Below are positions 13,828 to 27,459 of a stretch of DNA of 64,000 bases, piece by piece. Both the position numbers and the translations under genes were made by a program. This DNA is from Hormiphora californensis (taxonomy: Eukaryota > Animalia > Ctenophora): contig CM035359.1 of NCBI GenBank assembly GCA_020137815.1, positions 7,874,001 to 7,938,000 of the forward strand. The letters are read 5' to 3'. Position 1 is the stretch's first letter. Every line of letters starts with the position of its first letter. The notes under the pieces were generated by a model, which saw only the letters and a program-made list of their open reading frames with translations, was not told the DNA's origin and did no database searches.

Positions 13828-14636
13828 GGGTGTGCTATTTTTTCAAATGCCTAATTTAATTCAAAATTTCACTTGGTATCGGGTTAAATGAGCTCCTACG
13901 ATCATTCTAAAACATTTTATCACAAAGTTTTGGCTCTACCATGGCCCAATTACCTTGGCACGAGCTATGCCCATATATGGGCATATTCATTTCAAAAAGT
14001 CTGTTTTAGGGCGTGATTTCGAACAAAACACACATATAAATCGTCTCGTGACAACTTATACAACTGTTACTTTCAGTTTGAGCCTTCAGATATCCACTTT
14101 ATGAACAAAAATAAAAAATTTTCTCCCTTTTTTTCTTGCTAATTTTACCAACTTGCAGAATCGTGGGGACGAATTTTAATTTTTTTTAGTTTTTTCTTGG
14201 TGGAAAGCAAATTTCGGTTGTAATCGACTAATTTTGGCCTGCGGAACACGATCCCGTTCATGAAAAAGCTCTCAAAATTTAAGAACATGTCAAAAATGAA
14301 CATTTTTTGTCAAAAATGAACTTTTTTAGGTCAAAAATGAACTTTAGCATCATTTAATGATGCATATCAATTCTTGTCAGTTTCGAGGTGCTGAACACGA
14401 TCCTGAACATAAAAAGTTGATATCAAGAACATGTCAAAAACTGGTGAAAACCACACATATTTCCCTGTTTTTACCATTTTTCGGTTAAAAACTACACTTT
14501 TTAAATCGCGATGCCAACGTAACTGACAAACACTATCTCAATTCTGTTTTGCTGATGTGATAGAGAATTGTCCATAGTTTCACATTAGCTAGATACTGAA
14601 TGGCCTAGTCAAAAAAATTTGAAATAGCACACCCTG
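13828..14636. mobile_element. TIR element with GGGTGTGCTATTT ends
   Basis: gggtgtgctattt at 13828 and aaatagcacaccc ending 14634. No clear TSD. Confidence 0.55.
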
Positions 14637-14744
14637 TGCACTGTGCACCCCCCTGGAGCCAGCCCTGGCCGAGATGAATCACAAAGCCGGTGCAATGGCG
14701 TCATGAATCCTGAGAACGTTCAGTACTCCTCCAACTTTATAAAA

Positions 14745-15653
14745 CCTCCCGCACCTAGAATACTGTTCGGCACTGTGGTGCGGCCCCATGAAATCGGGCA
14801 AATTGAACAAATAGAGGTTGTTCAAAGAGCATTTACAGCCAACATTGATGGCTGTGATGCAATGAAATACTGGGAAAGACTAGTTCACCTCAACCTATTA
14901 TACTCCCTCCAAAGGAGAAGAGAGAGATTTAAAATAATCTCAATGTGGAAAATCTACATCGGACTAGACCCCAACCACTATAATATCTCATTCCGTCACA
15001 CCGTGAGGCATGGGCCAAATGCAGAAAGGCCAATTGGAAAAGCCTCTCGGAAAGGAATAAATACCAAGATATTCAATGGGTTCACTTCTTCCGCTATTGG
15101 GCTGTTTAAGGGGAAACTCTAACTGAATGGCATCCCATTAATGGGATCCCATCAACAGTAAAACTCTAACTGATAATGGACCACAGTGATGGTTCTTTCT
15201 CTGTATTCTCTCTGTGTGTGCGCCCGTGCCCGGGCATGCCCTATAGTTCTTTCTCTGTATTCTCTCTAGAGAGATCTCTGTAGGTAGTACATTGGTAACG
15301 AAGTTACCCCTCCCTTGCCGGCGCGCGAAGCGCGCCAAACGAAGGCCGCGAACAGAGTGTGAAGTGTCTTGGATACCAAGGTAGTACATAGATGTACTGC
15401 CTACAGAGAGAATACAGCGAAAGAACCATCACTGTGGTCCATTATCAGTTAGAGTTTTACTGTTGATGGGATCCCATTAATGGGATGCCATTCAGTTAGA
15501 GTTTCCCCTAACTCAGTACCGGCAATGATAAAGAATAAAAAGACCCTGGAAGGAATGAAATCTGCCCTGGATAAACACTTATCAGAAATACCAGACCAGC
15601 CTCCGACCAGAGGTTACATGCGAAGGAACAATAATCGCATTCTGGACTGGTAA
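14745..15653 (+). pseudogene. 3' fragment of a CR1-group LINE ORF2, split by a MITE
   Basis: IEVVQRAFT...YWERL...YSLQRRRERF. Removing the MITE restores GLFNSVPAMIKN...LDKHLSEIPDQPPTRGY...ILDW*. Confidence 0.85.
15110..15508. mobile_element. PIF/Harbinger-type palindromic MITE
   Basis: TAA|GGGGAAACTCTA ... TAGAGTTTCCCC|TAA. Arms of ~100 bp. Excision restores the CR1 reading frame. Confidence 0.88.
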
Positions 15654-15789
15654 TACTAAGGCCCATATCTGTAATATATGGACCGAGCGGCGCAACCGCT
15701 GAACCTCCTCCGAGGATCTCGTTCTCTCTCCCACTTTCTCTCTCATTCTTTCCACCTCTCTCTTTCCCCTCTCTTTCTGATTTTCTCTC

Positions 15790-15929
<140 letters not shown>

Positions 15930-16121
15930 GGTTCAAAACAGATTGATATTAACAAAACATGGCAAAATTAATCGTCACTCTAACACTATTGGTTTGTATT
16001 GACGTAGAATGAGTTTAAAAATATGTCCCCAGACAAAACAAATCGATAGCTTGTCCGCCACCTCATCATTTCAGTTTCTTACACCTCTCTGAAACCAAAA
16101 ATTGTTTGCACGTCCTCGACT

Positions 16122-16325
16122 ATGAATTTTCTACCGTTACTTTGCATCATTCTTACTGTGGTGGGACCAAGCTACGCCTACTACTATCCCATTTCGAGAC
16201 CAGTACAGTGTGGAATCGGCTTCGCCGCCAGATCTAGACTAGTGGGGGTGTACTCTCCTAGCAATGTATCACCCTGGAACCGCTATGGGTTTTGGAGTGT
16301 GGAGTATGGAAAAAATGTGGCAATG
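16122..16325 (+). CDS. Exon 1 of a predicted secreted protein (signal peptide MNFLPLLCIILTVVGPSYA)
   Basis: ATG, hydrophobic leader with an S-Y-A cleavage-like site, and phase-0 donor GTAAGC at 16326. An acceptor-like TTTCAG lies ~50 bp upstream. Confidence 0.75.
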
Positions 16326-16633
16326 GTAAGCTTTTTTTTCACTGTCCTTCCTAAGGGCACAGCTGTTACAGTAAACTCTCCCTCGTACATACAAGATGAA
16401 GATTCAAGTTAATTATATTTACTAACTGTTAGGGACCGAGAAGATTCAAATTTAGTATATAATTTACTCTCACACGCCTTTTTTTGTTGACTAATTTCGT
16501 CAAACAAAACTTTTATGGATTCAAAAAAGTATGATCTTTCCGGTGATATGCGGCTTCTTGCCGATAAGTGAGAGCAAGTGGGGGTTGTCACACGGTAATA
16601 CAACGCCGCGCATGAAAGGGGGGGTGACAACAA

Positions 16634-17919
16634 CAAGAATTATTATTGCATGATGTTTCATAATGCTGTGTTTCCCTGCCAACGAATACTCCAACCGATC
16701 ACTGCACAGTGGGTAACGACCCTACAAAGTGGGAAAAAAAGTTGTCTTTAAATTTGCTGAAATTTGGATATCGATTGTAAAAATAATCAAGGTTTCACGT
16801 AAAACAAACCGCATCGAAAAATATTGAGATTTACAGATTTTATGTTTAGTTTGAAGTTGAGGGAAATTGTGGGTTTTCATTTTGGCTGTGAAATTCGCTT
16901 AGATCCATGTGCACACTACTGCAATACCTTTCATTCTTTTTCTTTCATTTCTTTTGTATCGTGATGGTTGTTTTGTGTTCTTTTCAGTGATTAGGGTTCA
17001 ATATGTCTTACTCTAACTATTTTTTCTCGGTTGCGCGTGTCAAATTTAGGCTATTTTTAGGATATGAATGACCAAAAAAAGTTACTTCGCCGCTCGACGC
17101 CACCCCTTTCATTGTGATATTCTGACTCTATGGACAATTTGGAACATTGTAGTGTCGCGGGAATTCCCCACTTTTCCCCTGTTTGAATTTTATAGCCATT
17201 TAAAGTGCGAAATTTAAGCGATTTTTTTCGCTTTTTCGGCTTTTATGTGTAAAATGCCTGATCTAAAATGGCATATAACTCAAAAACGGTTTGATTTAGG
17301 CCATATGTTGCTTCATAAGTCCTATATAAACATGCACATTCCGGACAATTTGCATCAAAAATTGGATCTCTAAGTGGTTCCTGAGCCAAGTTACGTTTTT
17401 ACTTAATCAAGTTATTAATTAGCTAATTAATTTTCTTCAAATATTTCAAAAAGGTGGCATCTAAGCACTCTGAAAAGTGTCTAAATCGCTTTCTAGGCAC
17501 GGTTTTAGTCTAGGAGAGGTCACTTTGGCCCAAAAATATGATTTCTACGGCATATATTTCATTTTGTAGGGTCACACAGGAAAATTACCCACTGTGCACT
17601 GATAAACGATAGATCTGGTAAGCGCCGCTCACAGTCACACCAGACGATACCGTGCAATGTGATCTGATCGTCGTCCGCCAACGCCTAATTACAATGTTAT
17701 GTGAGACGAAGCTATGCATGGGAAACTTCTCACGTTCCCTCAGTCACCATACTAACGAGCTGAGCTTTCAAGGCCTTTTAGTTTCAATCAGATTTACCAA
17801 GAAGTTAAATCCATTCAAGCGCTACGGCGTTGTCCGTGACGGACGGACGGACGGACATTTAGTTAACTACACGATCTGCTGATTTCTAAAACATCATCCC
17901 TGCCCGGACAGGGAAAAAA
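16634..17919 (-). mobile_element. HINE/DINE-1-like Helentron derivative
   Basis: Minus strand: T-run, CCCTGTCCGGGCAGGG, (GTCC)n microsatellite, 3' sub-TIR GGCAGGGAAA, stem-loop GCATTATG..CATCATGC. No TSD. Confidence 0.8.
16705..17596. mobile_element. Non-autonomous Transib-type element with RSS-like asymmetric ends
   Basis: 5-bp TSD CACTG (16700-16704 and 17597-17601). Both ends begin CACAGTGGGTAA. The empty site is present in the paralogue near 22630. Confidence 0.85.
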
Positions 17920-18177
17920 TCCGACTTTTATTCAAGCTCTACAAAAAGTGGTAAGGGTCAATACATACCAGCGGCCGTTAAAATTCCTCTCCCCATTCTA
18001 AAACTAACAATCTCACGCGCGATTTTAACGGCGTGTTAAAATTTTGTCCAATTTTTATCCAATGCGACCGTCAAAATCGTGCGCGATTTGTTAGAAACGT
18101 GCTTTACATGGCGTGCACGTGAGTTCTTGCTAGCAACGGGGCGGGGCGGGGCGAGAATATGTTGCAATGGAGCCAAG

Positions 18178-19566
<1,389 letters not shown>

Positions 19567-19573
19567 AACACCA

Positions 19574-22086
19574 TCCTTATTATAAAGTACAAATGAGTGG
19601 CGTGGTGAGGAGTATGATGGTGACCTATCCACACGTGCAAATAGAGGGGGTTGCCAAGGAGCTGCCTTGGGAGGGGTATTGGAGGTTGTGGGGGGATACT
19701 GCACGTGCATGTTATTGGTTGTTTGTTGCGTGTTCCTGTGTCGTTCCTGTGGTGTTTTGGGATCTACTGCTGGGGCCGCCATGATTGCCAAAGCCTTTCT
19801 ACCTACGTACCCCGTTGATTCTCTACACAGCTACTACAATTCTACGGATCTTTATCACCTCATTCTACATGTTATTCAGCGGGATTTCCCTTGATGTTTA
19901 TCACCAGCGCTCTACCACTACCAACCTTCGTATTCTTTACCCCGACATGGAGAGACGAAGAGTAAGAGGGGGGGGGGCATAGAGACGGGTGGGGGGGCTA
20001 TTGTAGGACTTCAATGGGCTTTCTAGTCTATATTATAAAGCAGAGAACAGTGCAAGACAAAATTTGGGGGAGGAGGGGAGAGGGGGTTTGCACGTGGAAA
20101 ATTGACGTGTTGTTAGGGGTGTTTGGTGGGGTTTGGGGAGTGCACGTGCGAATGTAAAGGTTTTCTAATGTTGGAAATGCATGGCTCTTTGGAAAGAGGT
20201 TGAGTTGATCTTTCCAATGAGCCTTGGTTTTTTAAATTGGTTGAGAAATGACTGAGTTATGGCAAAAATGGTGAAAAATGAGGGAAAATGTGGGGTTCTG
20301 AACTGCTTCAGATCACAGATTGAGAGAGGGGTGAGAGGAGTATTCATTATGGCGTTAGGGGAGTGAATAGAGGGTGAGATGGAGTGATTAGGGGACGATA
20401 TGATTCAATAGGGGCCGAGGGGAGTCAATAGGAATAAGAGGGGTGAGGACTGAGGACTGAGGGGAGTCAACAGGGGGAAGGGGGTGGAGTATGATCTCGC
20501 GACCGGAGGTGCCGCGAAGCGGCGCCGTAGGGAGCAAAGTAGGCATGAGCCAGGGATCGGGATTGAGATGAGTCAATAGGGTGTGAGAGTTTTTTGTTCT
20601 TTTGCCTGGGCTCTCTAGTCCTTATTATAAAGCAGAGAACAGTGCAAGACAAAATTTGGGGGAGGGGGTTTTAGGGTTTGCACGTGGAAAATTGGCGTGT
20701 TGTTAGGGATGGTTGGTGGGGGGTTTGGGGCGTGCACGTGCGTGTGTAAAGGTTTTCTAATCTTGGGGGATAATAGGTCTTTGGAAAGAGCTTGAGATTA
20801 TCTTTCTAATGAGCCTTGGTATTTTGAAATTGGTTGAGAAACGACCGAGTTATGGCGAAAATGGTGAAAAATTAGAGAAAATGTGGGGATCTGAACTGCT
20901 TCAGATCACAGATTGAGAGAGGGGTGAGGGGAGTATTCATTATGACGTTAGGGGAGTGAATAGAGGGTGAGATGGAGTAAATAGGGGGCGATATGATTCA
21001 ATAGGGGCCGAGGGGAGTAAGATGGCCCAGGGGGATAAGAGGGGTGAGGACTGAGAGGAGTCAACAGGGGGAAGGGGGCGTGGAGTATGATCTCGCGACC
21101 GGAGGTGCCGCGCGAAGCGGCGCCGTAGGGAGCAAAGTAGGCATGCACCAGGGATCGGGATTGAGAGGAGTCAATAGGGTGTGAGAGTTTTTTGTTCTTT
21201 TGCCTGGGCTCTCTAGTCCTTATTATAAAGCAGAGATGCTTGCAAGACAATTGGTTTTTGGGGGTTTTTAGGGACTGCACGTGCAAAACTGACGTGTTGT
21301 TAGGGGTGTTTGGTGGGGTTTGGGGAGTGCACGTGCGTGTGTAAAGGTTTTATAAATTTGGGGGATAATAGCTGATTTGAAAGAGCTTGAGATTATCTTT
21401 CTAATGAGCCCAAGATTTTCGGAATTGGCTGAGAAATAACTGAGTAATGGGGGAAATGGTGAAAAATGTGCCGAAAATGGGGACTTTTTAAACTGCTACA
21501 GAACACAGATTGAGAGAGGGGTGAGGGGAGTATTCATTATGGCGTTATATCCTGTGGTGTTTTGGGATCTACTTACTGCTGGGGCCGCCATGATTGCCAA
21601 AGCCTTTCTACCTACGTACCCCCTTGATTCTCTACACAGCTACAATTCTACGGATCTTTATCACCCGATTCTACATGTTATTCAGCGGGATTTCCCCTGA
21701 TGTTTATCACCAGCGCTCTACCACTACCAACCTCTGTATTCTTTACCCCGACATGGAGAGACGAATAGTAAGAGAGGGGGAGAGAGACATAGAGACGGAT
21801 GGGGGGGGGGGGCTGTTGTAGGACTTCAATAGGCTTTCTAGTCCTTATTATAATTTGCAAATGAACGTCGAAACCGTTCGTTCAGTGGTATCTTCGCGAC
21901 AGACTGCTCCTTCATAAAACACTTCATCTGACCAAAGCTTTAAAGCTGTCATTCACACTTTTGGAACTTCCAGTGGAAGTCTGTTAATATTTTCACATCC
22001 CAGTCTCCATAGTTCCCAATTCAGTTGCCATGGCAACCGTGTTATTGATGTTGAAAGGGGCGAAAAGAACCCAATGGGCGCGCTAG
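19574..22086 (+). mobile_element. Head-to-tail array of five non-autonomous Helitron units
   Basis: A|TCCTTATTATAAAG start. CTAG|TC junctions after 20026, 20618, 21216 and 21841. Final CTAG|T at 22086. Confidence 0.8.
22024..22037. promoter_or_regulatory. Perfect X-box (RFX) motif inside a Helitron unit
   Basis: GTTGCCATGGCAAC, with a second copy at 37786-37799. Function untested. Confidence 0.4.
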
Positions 22087-22194
22087 TTGGTGTGAATAAT
22101 GAAACCAAACAGATTCTTGAGTATCATGATCAGGTGGAGCTATGGCCGTCTAATCCGATTTGAAGTTTGCGGAGTAAAATCCGCAAATCTGATT

Positions 22195-22720
22195 GCAAAA
22201 GGCGTTTAAAGCTCAGCACGTTAGTATGGTGCCTAACGGAACGTCACAACGTGAGAGGTTTCCCATGCATAGGCTCACATAACAGTGTGATTACTATAAG
22301 GCGTTGGCGGGCGATGATCAGATCATATCACATTGCACGGTATCATTACTGGTGTGGGCGGCGCTTGACGCTCCAGTTACAGATTTGGAACCGGGCGTCG
22401 GTTTTCTGATGGGAGATTCCTGATGTGAGATTCCTGATGGTAGATTCCCGATTGAACTATGCTGCGCGTCATAATTTACAATGCGCGACTAAATTTACAG
22501 CTAGAATGAATTGGGAGTTGAGCAGGATTCATTGTCAGCAGTGTCCAAAAATTCTTCCATCAGGAAACTGACGCCTGGTTCCAAATCTGTAACTGGTCCC
22601 TAACAGATCTCAATGAGATTTTCATAGCTATCAGTGATCGGTTCACTTTCAGGTATTTGTCGCGTCGGCAGGGTCTAGGGAAACACAGCATTATGAAACA
22701 AATTGCAATAATGATTTTTG
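22195..22720 (+). mobile_element. Decayed inverted paralogue of the 16634 HINE, interrupted by a MITE at ~22373-22600
   Basis: Matches the reverse complement of 17610-17780 and 16640-16704. MITE TIR ccagttacagatttggaacc. Confidence 0.7.
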
Positions 22721-22852
22721 TTTGACTTTATTGTCACCGCCACTTCTCGTGTGCTCGTTTTTGTGCACCTATCAACATTAACGTGAGTTTGGAGTGAGAA
22801 CTTCAAAAGAACCGACTTAATTATCTTTTATCTACATTTAATCCCCCTTCAG

Positions 22853-22957
22853 AACAGTTACGGTGTAACCTATGTTAGCGTTGGCGAACAATCATATGTT
22901 AACGCTGGTGATTACATTTTGATTGAGTGTGGGGAACCCCAGAACGGCTTCTATATG
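22853..22957 (+). CDS. Exon 2 of the predicted secreted protein
   Basis: cccccttcAG acceptor, 35 open codons (NSYGVTYVSVGEQ...ECGEPQNGFYM), GTAAAG donor, phase 0 to 0. Confidence 0.7.
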
Positions 22958-23001
22958 GTAAAGTTACATGTAGGATCTCTCTCTCTCTCTCCCTCTCTCT
23001 C

Positions 23002-23065
<64 letters not shown>

Positions 23066-23639
23066 CCCTCTCTCTCTCCTTCTCTCTCCCTCTTTCTCTC
23101 AACATACTATTTAGCCAGTTAATGGAATGATAGGGGCAAAAGGAGACTCGTTGATTTATTTAGGAAAAAATGAGAGGTTATCCTAAAGGGTACCGGACAG
23201 AAACACGAACGGACGATAACTCGAACTCGAACTCGAAAATTTCGGACTATAACTCACTTTTGTAAATGTCGAATTTAGGTGAGTTACAGTCCGGATCAGG
23301 TGACTTTCTGTCCGCCCCACTGAATACGGGGCGTTATGCCTCCTGCCGGTATGCCCACCAGTGGTGGGCAAACAAGTCAGTAGGCAGAAGGGTACCCTAG
23401 CCGACCGTTATGCCCACTAACCAAATCAGGTATATTGCGGCATAGTGGTGGTGGGCATACCGGTATCCTAGCCGGCCGTTATGCCCACCTGTTATGCCCT
23501 CGTCTGTATGTAATTAATGGCATCACACATCCGGAGATCTACACGCTAAGGAGTGGTACCAATTAGACGCTTAGCCTTCTCGTATCGTATAATCAAAGCG
23601 GGTTTGGCTTCACTTTTCAGGAAGAAATAAAAGTCTTGT

Positions 23640-23965
23640 ATTCAGTATTCACTGCACAAAAATCTAATAATTAATGAATAACCACAGTTGTTTTAGTGTT
23701 TTACTCTTCAAGTTCATCATATTCAAGGTCCAGTAGTATAACCATACTTTCTAAGATACTGAGTAACATCGGTGTTATTATCATACTTTGAAACACACTG
23801 GAAAATCTTCTCTTTTATTCACTGCACAAAAAATAGAATAACATAAGCAAAGATGTACCACTCTTCATCATATTTAAGATCCAGTAATAAAAGCTAACTT
23901 CCTAAGATACTGAGTAACATCGGTGTTATTATCAAACTTTGAAACACACTGGAAAATCCTCTCTT
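23640..23965. repeat. Imperfect ~170-bp direct duplication
   Basis: taagatactgagtaacatcggtgttattatc...tttgaaacacactggaaaatc occurs twice. Confidence 0.8.
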
Positions 23966-24210
23966 CTCTTACACGCCTCTCTTTCTTCTCTCTCGGTGGG
24001 GCAAATGTACCTGCTGACTGCTGTATCAGTGTCAGGTCAGATTTGCTCTGCATCAACCTAAGTTTATCGATACAAGTCCATATAACGGGATTGGATGCAC
24101 CAAATAAAACCCTCAAAGAATTATTCTGACCCTCCTAGAGGGTTATTTTTGGTTTTGAGGGTTTCGTGGCAGCTGTTTGAGTGTCTGCTCATTACAGTTC
24201 CACAGATTAA

Positions 24211-27096
24211 GGGTACGCTAACCAAAATTTTTTTTCGAGTGCAGGGCAATCTCTCACCGTAGGGTTGTAGGCCATGCCAAGGAGACTCCAATATGCAATT
24301 TGAGCTCTCAAGTCGAATTCATATTTTGCTACAGCTGCTTGAAAAATGAACTGAAAATGAGTTTTTGGCATCTCAAAAATACATTTGTAAAGATAGGATC
24401 ATAAAAATTTGTGGATTTGAAGAGGACAAAGAGGTGAGTAGCACAAAAAATTTTTTGAAATCGGAGCTGATTTCCGGTCCTGAGGTGGATTTCTTTTTTT
24501 GACTTTAACGCCATATTTGGCCAAGTTCCGCAAATACGTGGAAACTGTAAATTGGTCAAAAGTTGCGTCTAACGATTCTCTATATGGCCATAAATTTTGG
24601 GCGCGTCCTTATTTGAGGTGTGTCGTACAGATCGAAAAGTGTAAGGCTCGTTTTTATTGAAAATTAGCATTTTTTGTGTAACAGTTTTTTGACGTCTCAA
24701 AAATACATTTTTTAGAGATAGGAGCATGAAAATTTGGGATTTGGAGAGGACATGGAGGTGAACAGCCGCAAAAAATTTTATTTAAATCCTACTGATTTCC
24801 GGTCCTGATATATTGATAATTTTCACTGTTTTTACACCCCATAAAATGCATATAGGTACTTCGTTAGTGATGAAAATTTGTCAAAGTTCCGTCATACCCT
24901 TGCCTACGTACTGCACAAATATTGCGTTACTCTCAAACGATGTACCCTACAGAGCTAGATTTGTGTACAAGTGTTCTGGGAAATCTGTATAAAAACCAAT
25001 GATTCGTGTGTCGTATAACAAAATAGAAAATACTCAAATTACAAACAAAACCAAAAACAATTCAAAAATTTCCACATCAATTCGATATAATTTTTCCTAC
25101 ACATGGTCGATATACACTTGTCGTTTCACTAGCAGGTAATATAAATCTGCCTGTCTGTGGAACATATTATCTATCATTATCATCAAATCTTTAATCTCGA
25201 CTGCAGCGGCAAGTTATATCAGTTGTAGCTTCACCGTTTCCTATCGTATGGATAGTGTACTGGATCTAAGGTCAGCAATGTAGACTATGCATACAGTGAA
25301 GCCAAGCAACAAAATAAAGTTCCTATAAATTGTAATTGGGGGTGTGGCCCCGCGAAGCTATGCCAAAATTTGTAGATGATATAAAAATTTAAATTTGGTA
25401 CTTCTAGGAAATGCATATAATATGTCTACCGATCTGTCACCTGATACTTTGAGCACATTGTTTTTTAAAGCTCTTGAAGAATCGTTAGGAGGCTGTACAT
25501 GTTTTCGTTGTGCTTTTCTATGTCATTTGGTGATCGGTTGGACTGTAAAGCAGATGATCTTGTTGAACTGGTTCTTAGTACCGGTGTAGGTGGTCGAAAG
25601 TTCGCTGCCGCAATGAACTCAGCTAACTGTGCAAGTCTGTGAAAACTGTGGAAATGTGCGGATACCCGGCGCTGTAGACGGAAAGAATCGTATTTTGACT
25701 ACAAGTTGCTTGGTGAGTTGGTATATGATATGAAGTGTTTCCGGGAAATGGAGAAATAAATGACTTCATGGAACTGCAGAGCCAATGAGAGGAAGATGAA
25801 GATGAAGATAAAGATGAAGATGAAAATGAATGAAGATGAAGATGAAGATGAAGATGAAATTTTTTTCTATCTGCAGACGAGGCTGAAGATGAAGATGAGG
25901 TTATGTCCATCATATCGGCAGTGACAGAGTTGTCCGTGGAGGATCTGTATGAGGAAAAACCATCAACCTCCAATGAACCGCAAACTGAAGTATCTTCGAC
26001 ACCGACGGAATTTTTGTCATGGATGTAAACTTCTTTTTAAGGTTTAGATGCACATGTGAGAGGCTTCAGGTTCGACGATGTTAGAGTCACTGTGAATCAT
26101 CTGTGGGGCATCATCGCTGCATCGTGTAAAAAGTGTGGACGGTCAACCAAGATGACCACTATGTCGAACACTTCTGACACCGTCAAAAGATACTGCGCCG
26201 CTGTTGACGCGGTTGGGACAACAGTGGATTCAGCGCGTAATCTGTTCCTTGCAAATGTATTAGGTAATGTCAATGGCCACAACCTTCATGACGCCCTAGG
26301 TGACTGTCATGCTCTTGCTGAAATAGTTAAAAAAGATGCTTACATGGATACATTTATAAGGAACATTGAATCTTTCGAGTCTCTGAGGGTAAGAAACAAA
26401 CCCTCTTCTAAAGGCAGGTTTAGTGACGCAGGCTATAGCCAATAAAATGACTGAAGTTTGTAACTTGCGAGGAATATTTGCATCTAACTGAAGACGCAGC
26501 AGCACTTTGGCTGAAATCCCTTGGTGCAACAGCCAGGCAGATTACCACCGCTTAGTGAAACGACAAGTGTATATCGACCATGTGTAGGAAAAATTATATC
26601 GAATTGATGTGGAAATTTTTGAATTGTTTTTGTTTTGTTTGTAATTTGAGTATTTTCTATTTGTTATACAGCCACAAGAATCATTGGTTTTTATACAGAT
26701 TTCCCAGAACACCTTGTTACACAAATCTAGCTCTGTAGGGTACAATCGTTTAAGTTAACGCTATATTTTGTCAGTACGTAGGCAAGGGTATGACGGAACT
26801 TTTGACAAATTTTCATCACTAACGAAGTACCTATATGCATTTTTATGGGGGTGTAAAACAGTGAAAATTACAATATATCAGGACGGAAATCAGCTAGGAT
26901 TTAAATAAAAATTTTTTGCGGCTGTTCACCTCCATGTCCTCTCCAAATCCCCAAATTTTCATGCTCCATCTCTAAAAATGTATTTTTGAGACGTCAAAAA
27001 CTGTACACAAAAAATGCTAATTTTCAATAAAACGAGCCTTACACTTTTCGATCTGTACGCACACCCTCAATAAGGACGCGCCCAAAATTTATGGCC
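24211..27096. mobile_element. Kolobok-type element with long inverted arms (right end lost) and an internal exonuclease relic
   Basis: TTAA|GGG start. About 24585-25131 is inverted at about 26553-27096. Confidence 0.65.
26056..26445 (+). pseudogene. DEDDh-type 3'-5' exonuclease C-terminal relic
   Basis: NLHDALGDCHALAEIV matches the ExoIII H-x-A-x-x-D motif. The N-terminal motifs are not seen. Confidence 0.5.
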
Positions 27097-27317
27097 TACT
27101 GATGAAATAAATAGAATTCGAGGTCTATAAATATAGTGTGATGGCTACTTTGGTTTCTCTCTGCATCTCTCTCTCCTCTCACTCTCTCTTCTATCTCTCT
27201 CTATCTCTCTAGAGTAGCTCTTCTCTGCTCTGATAGCTCTCTCTCTCTCTCTCTCTCTTCGCGCGCTATCTATGATTTAGATCGCACATCTATCGAAGAG
27301 CGCTCTCTCTCTCTCTC

Positions 27318-27378
<61 letters not shown>

Positions 27379-27380
27379 GG

Positions 27381-27459
27381 TTCGACGTTCGTTCTCTCGG
27401 TGTATCTTTCTCTCCTGATGGAGATCACATCACGCACAGGGTGCACTGCTGGGTGCTAT
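27381..27459 (+). CDS. Probable exon 3 of the secreted protein (acceptor reads TGG, not TAG)
   Basis: Open frame FDVRSLGVSFSPDGDHITHRVHCWVL, strong GTGAGT donor, and phase 0 to 1, which bridges exons 2 and 4. Confidence 0.5.
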
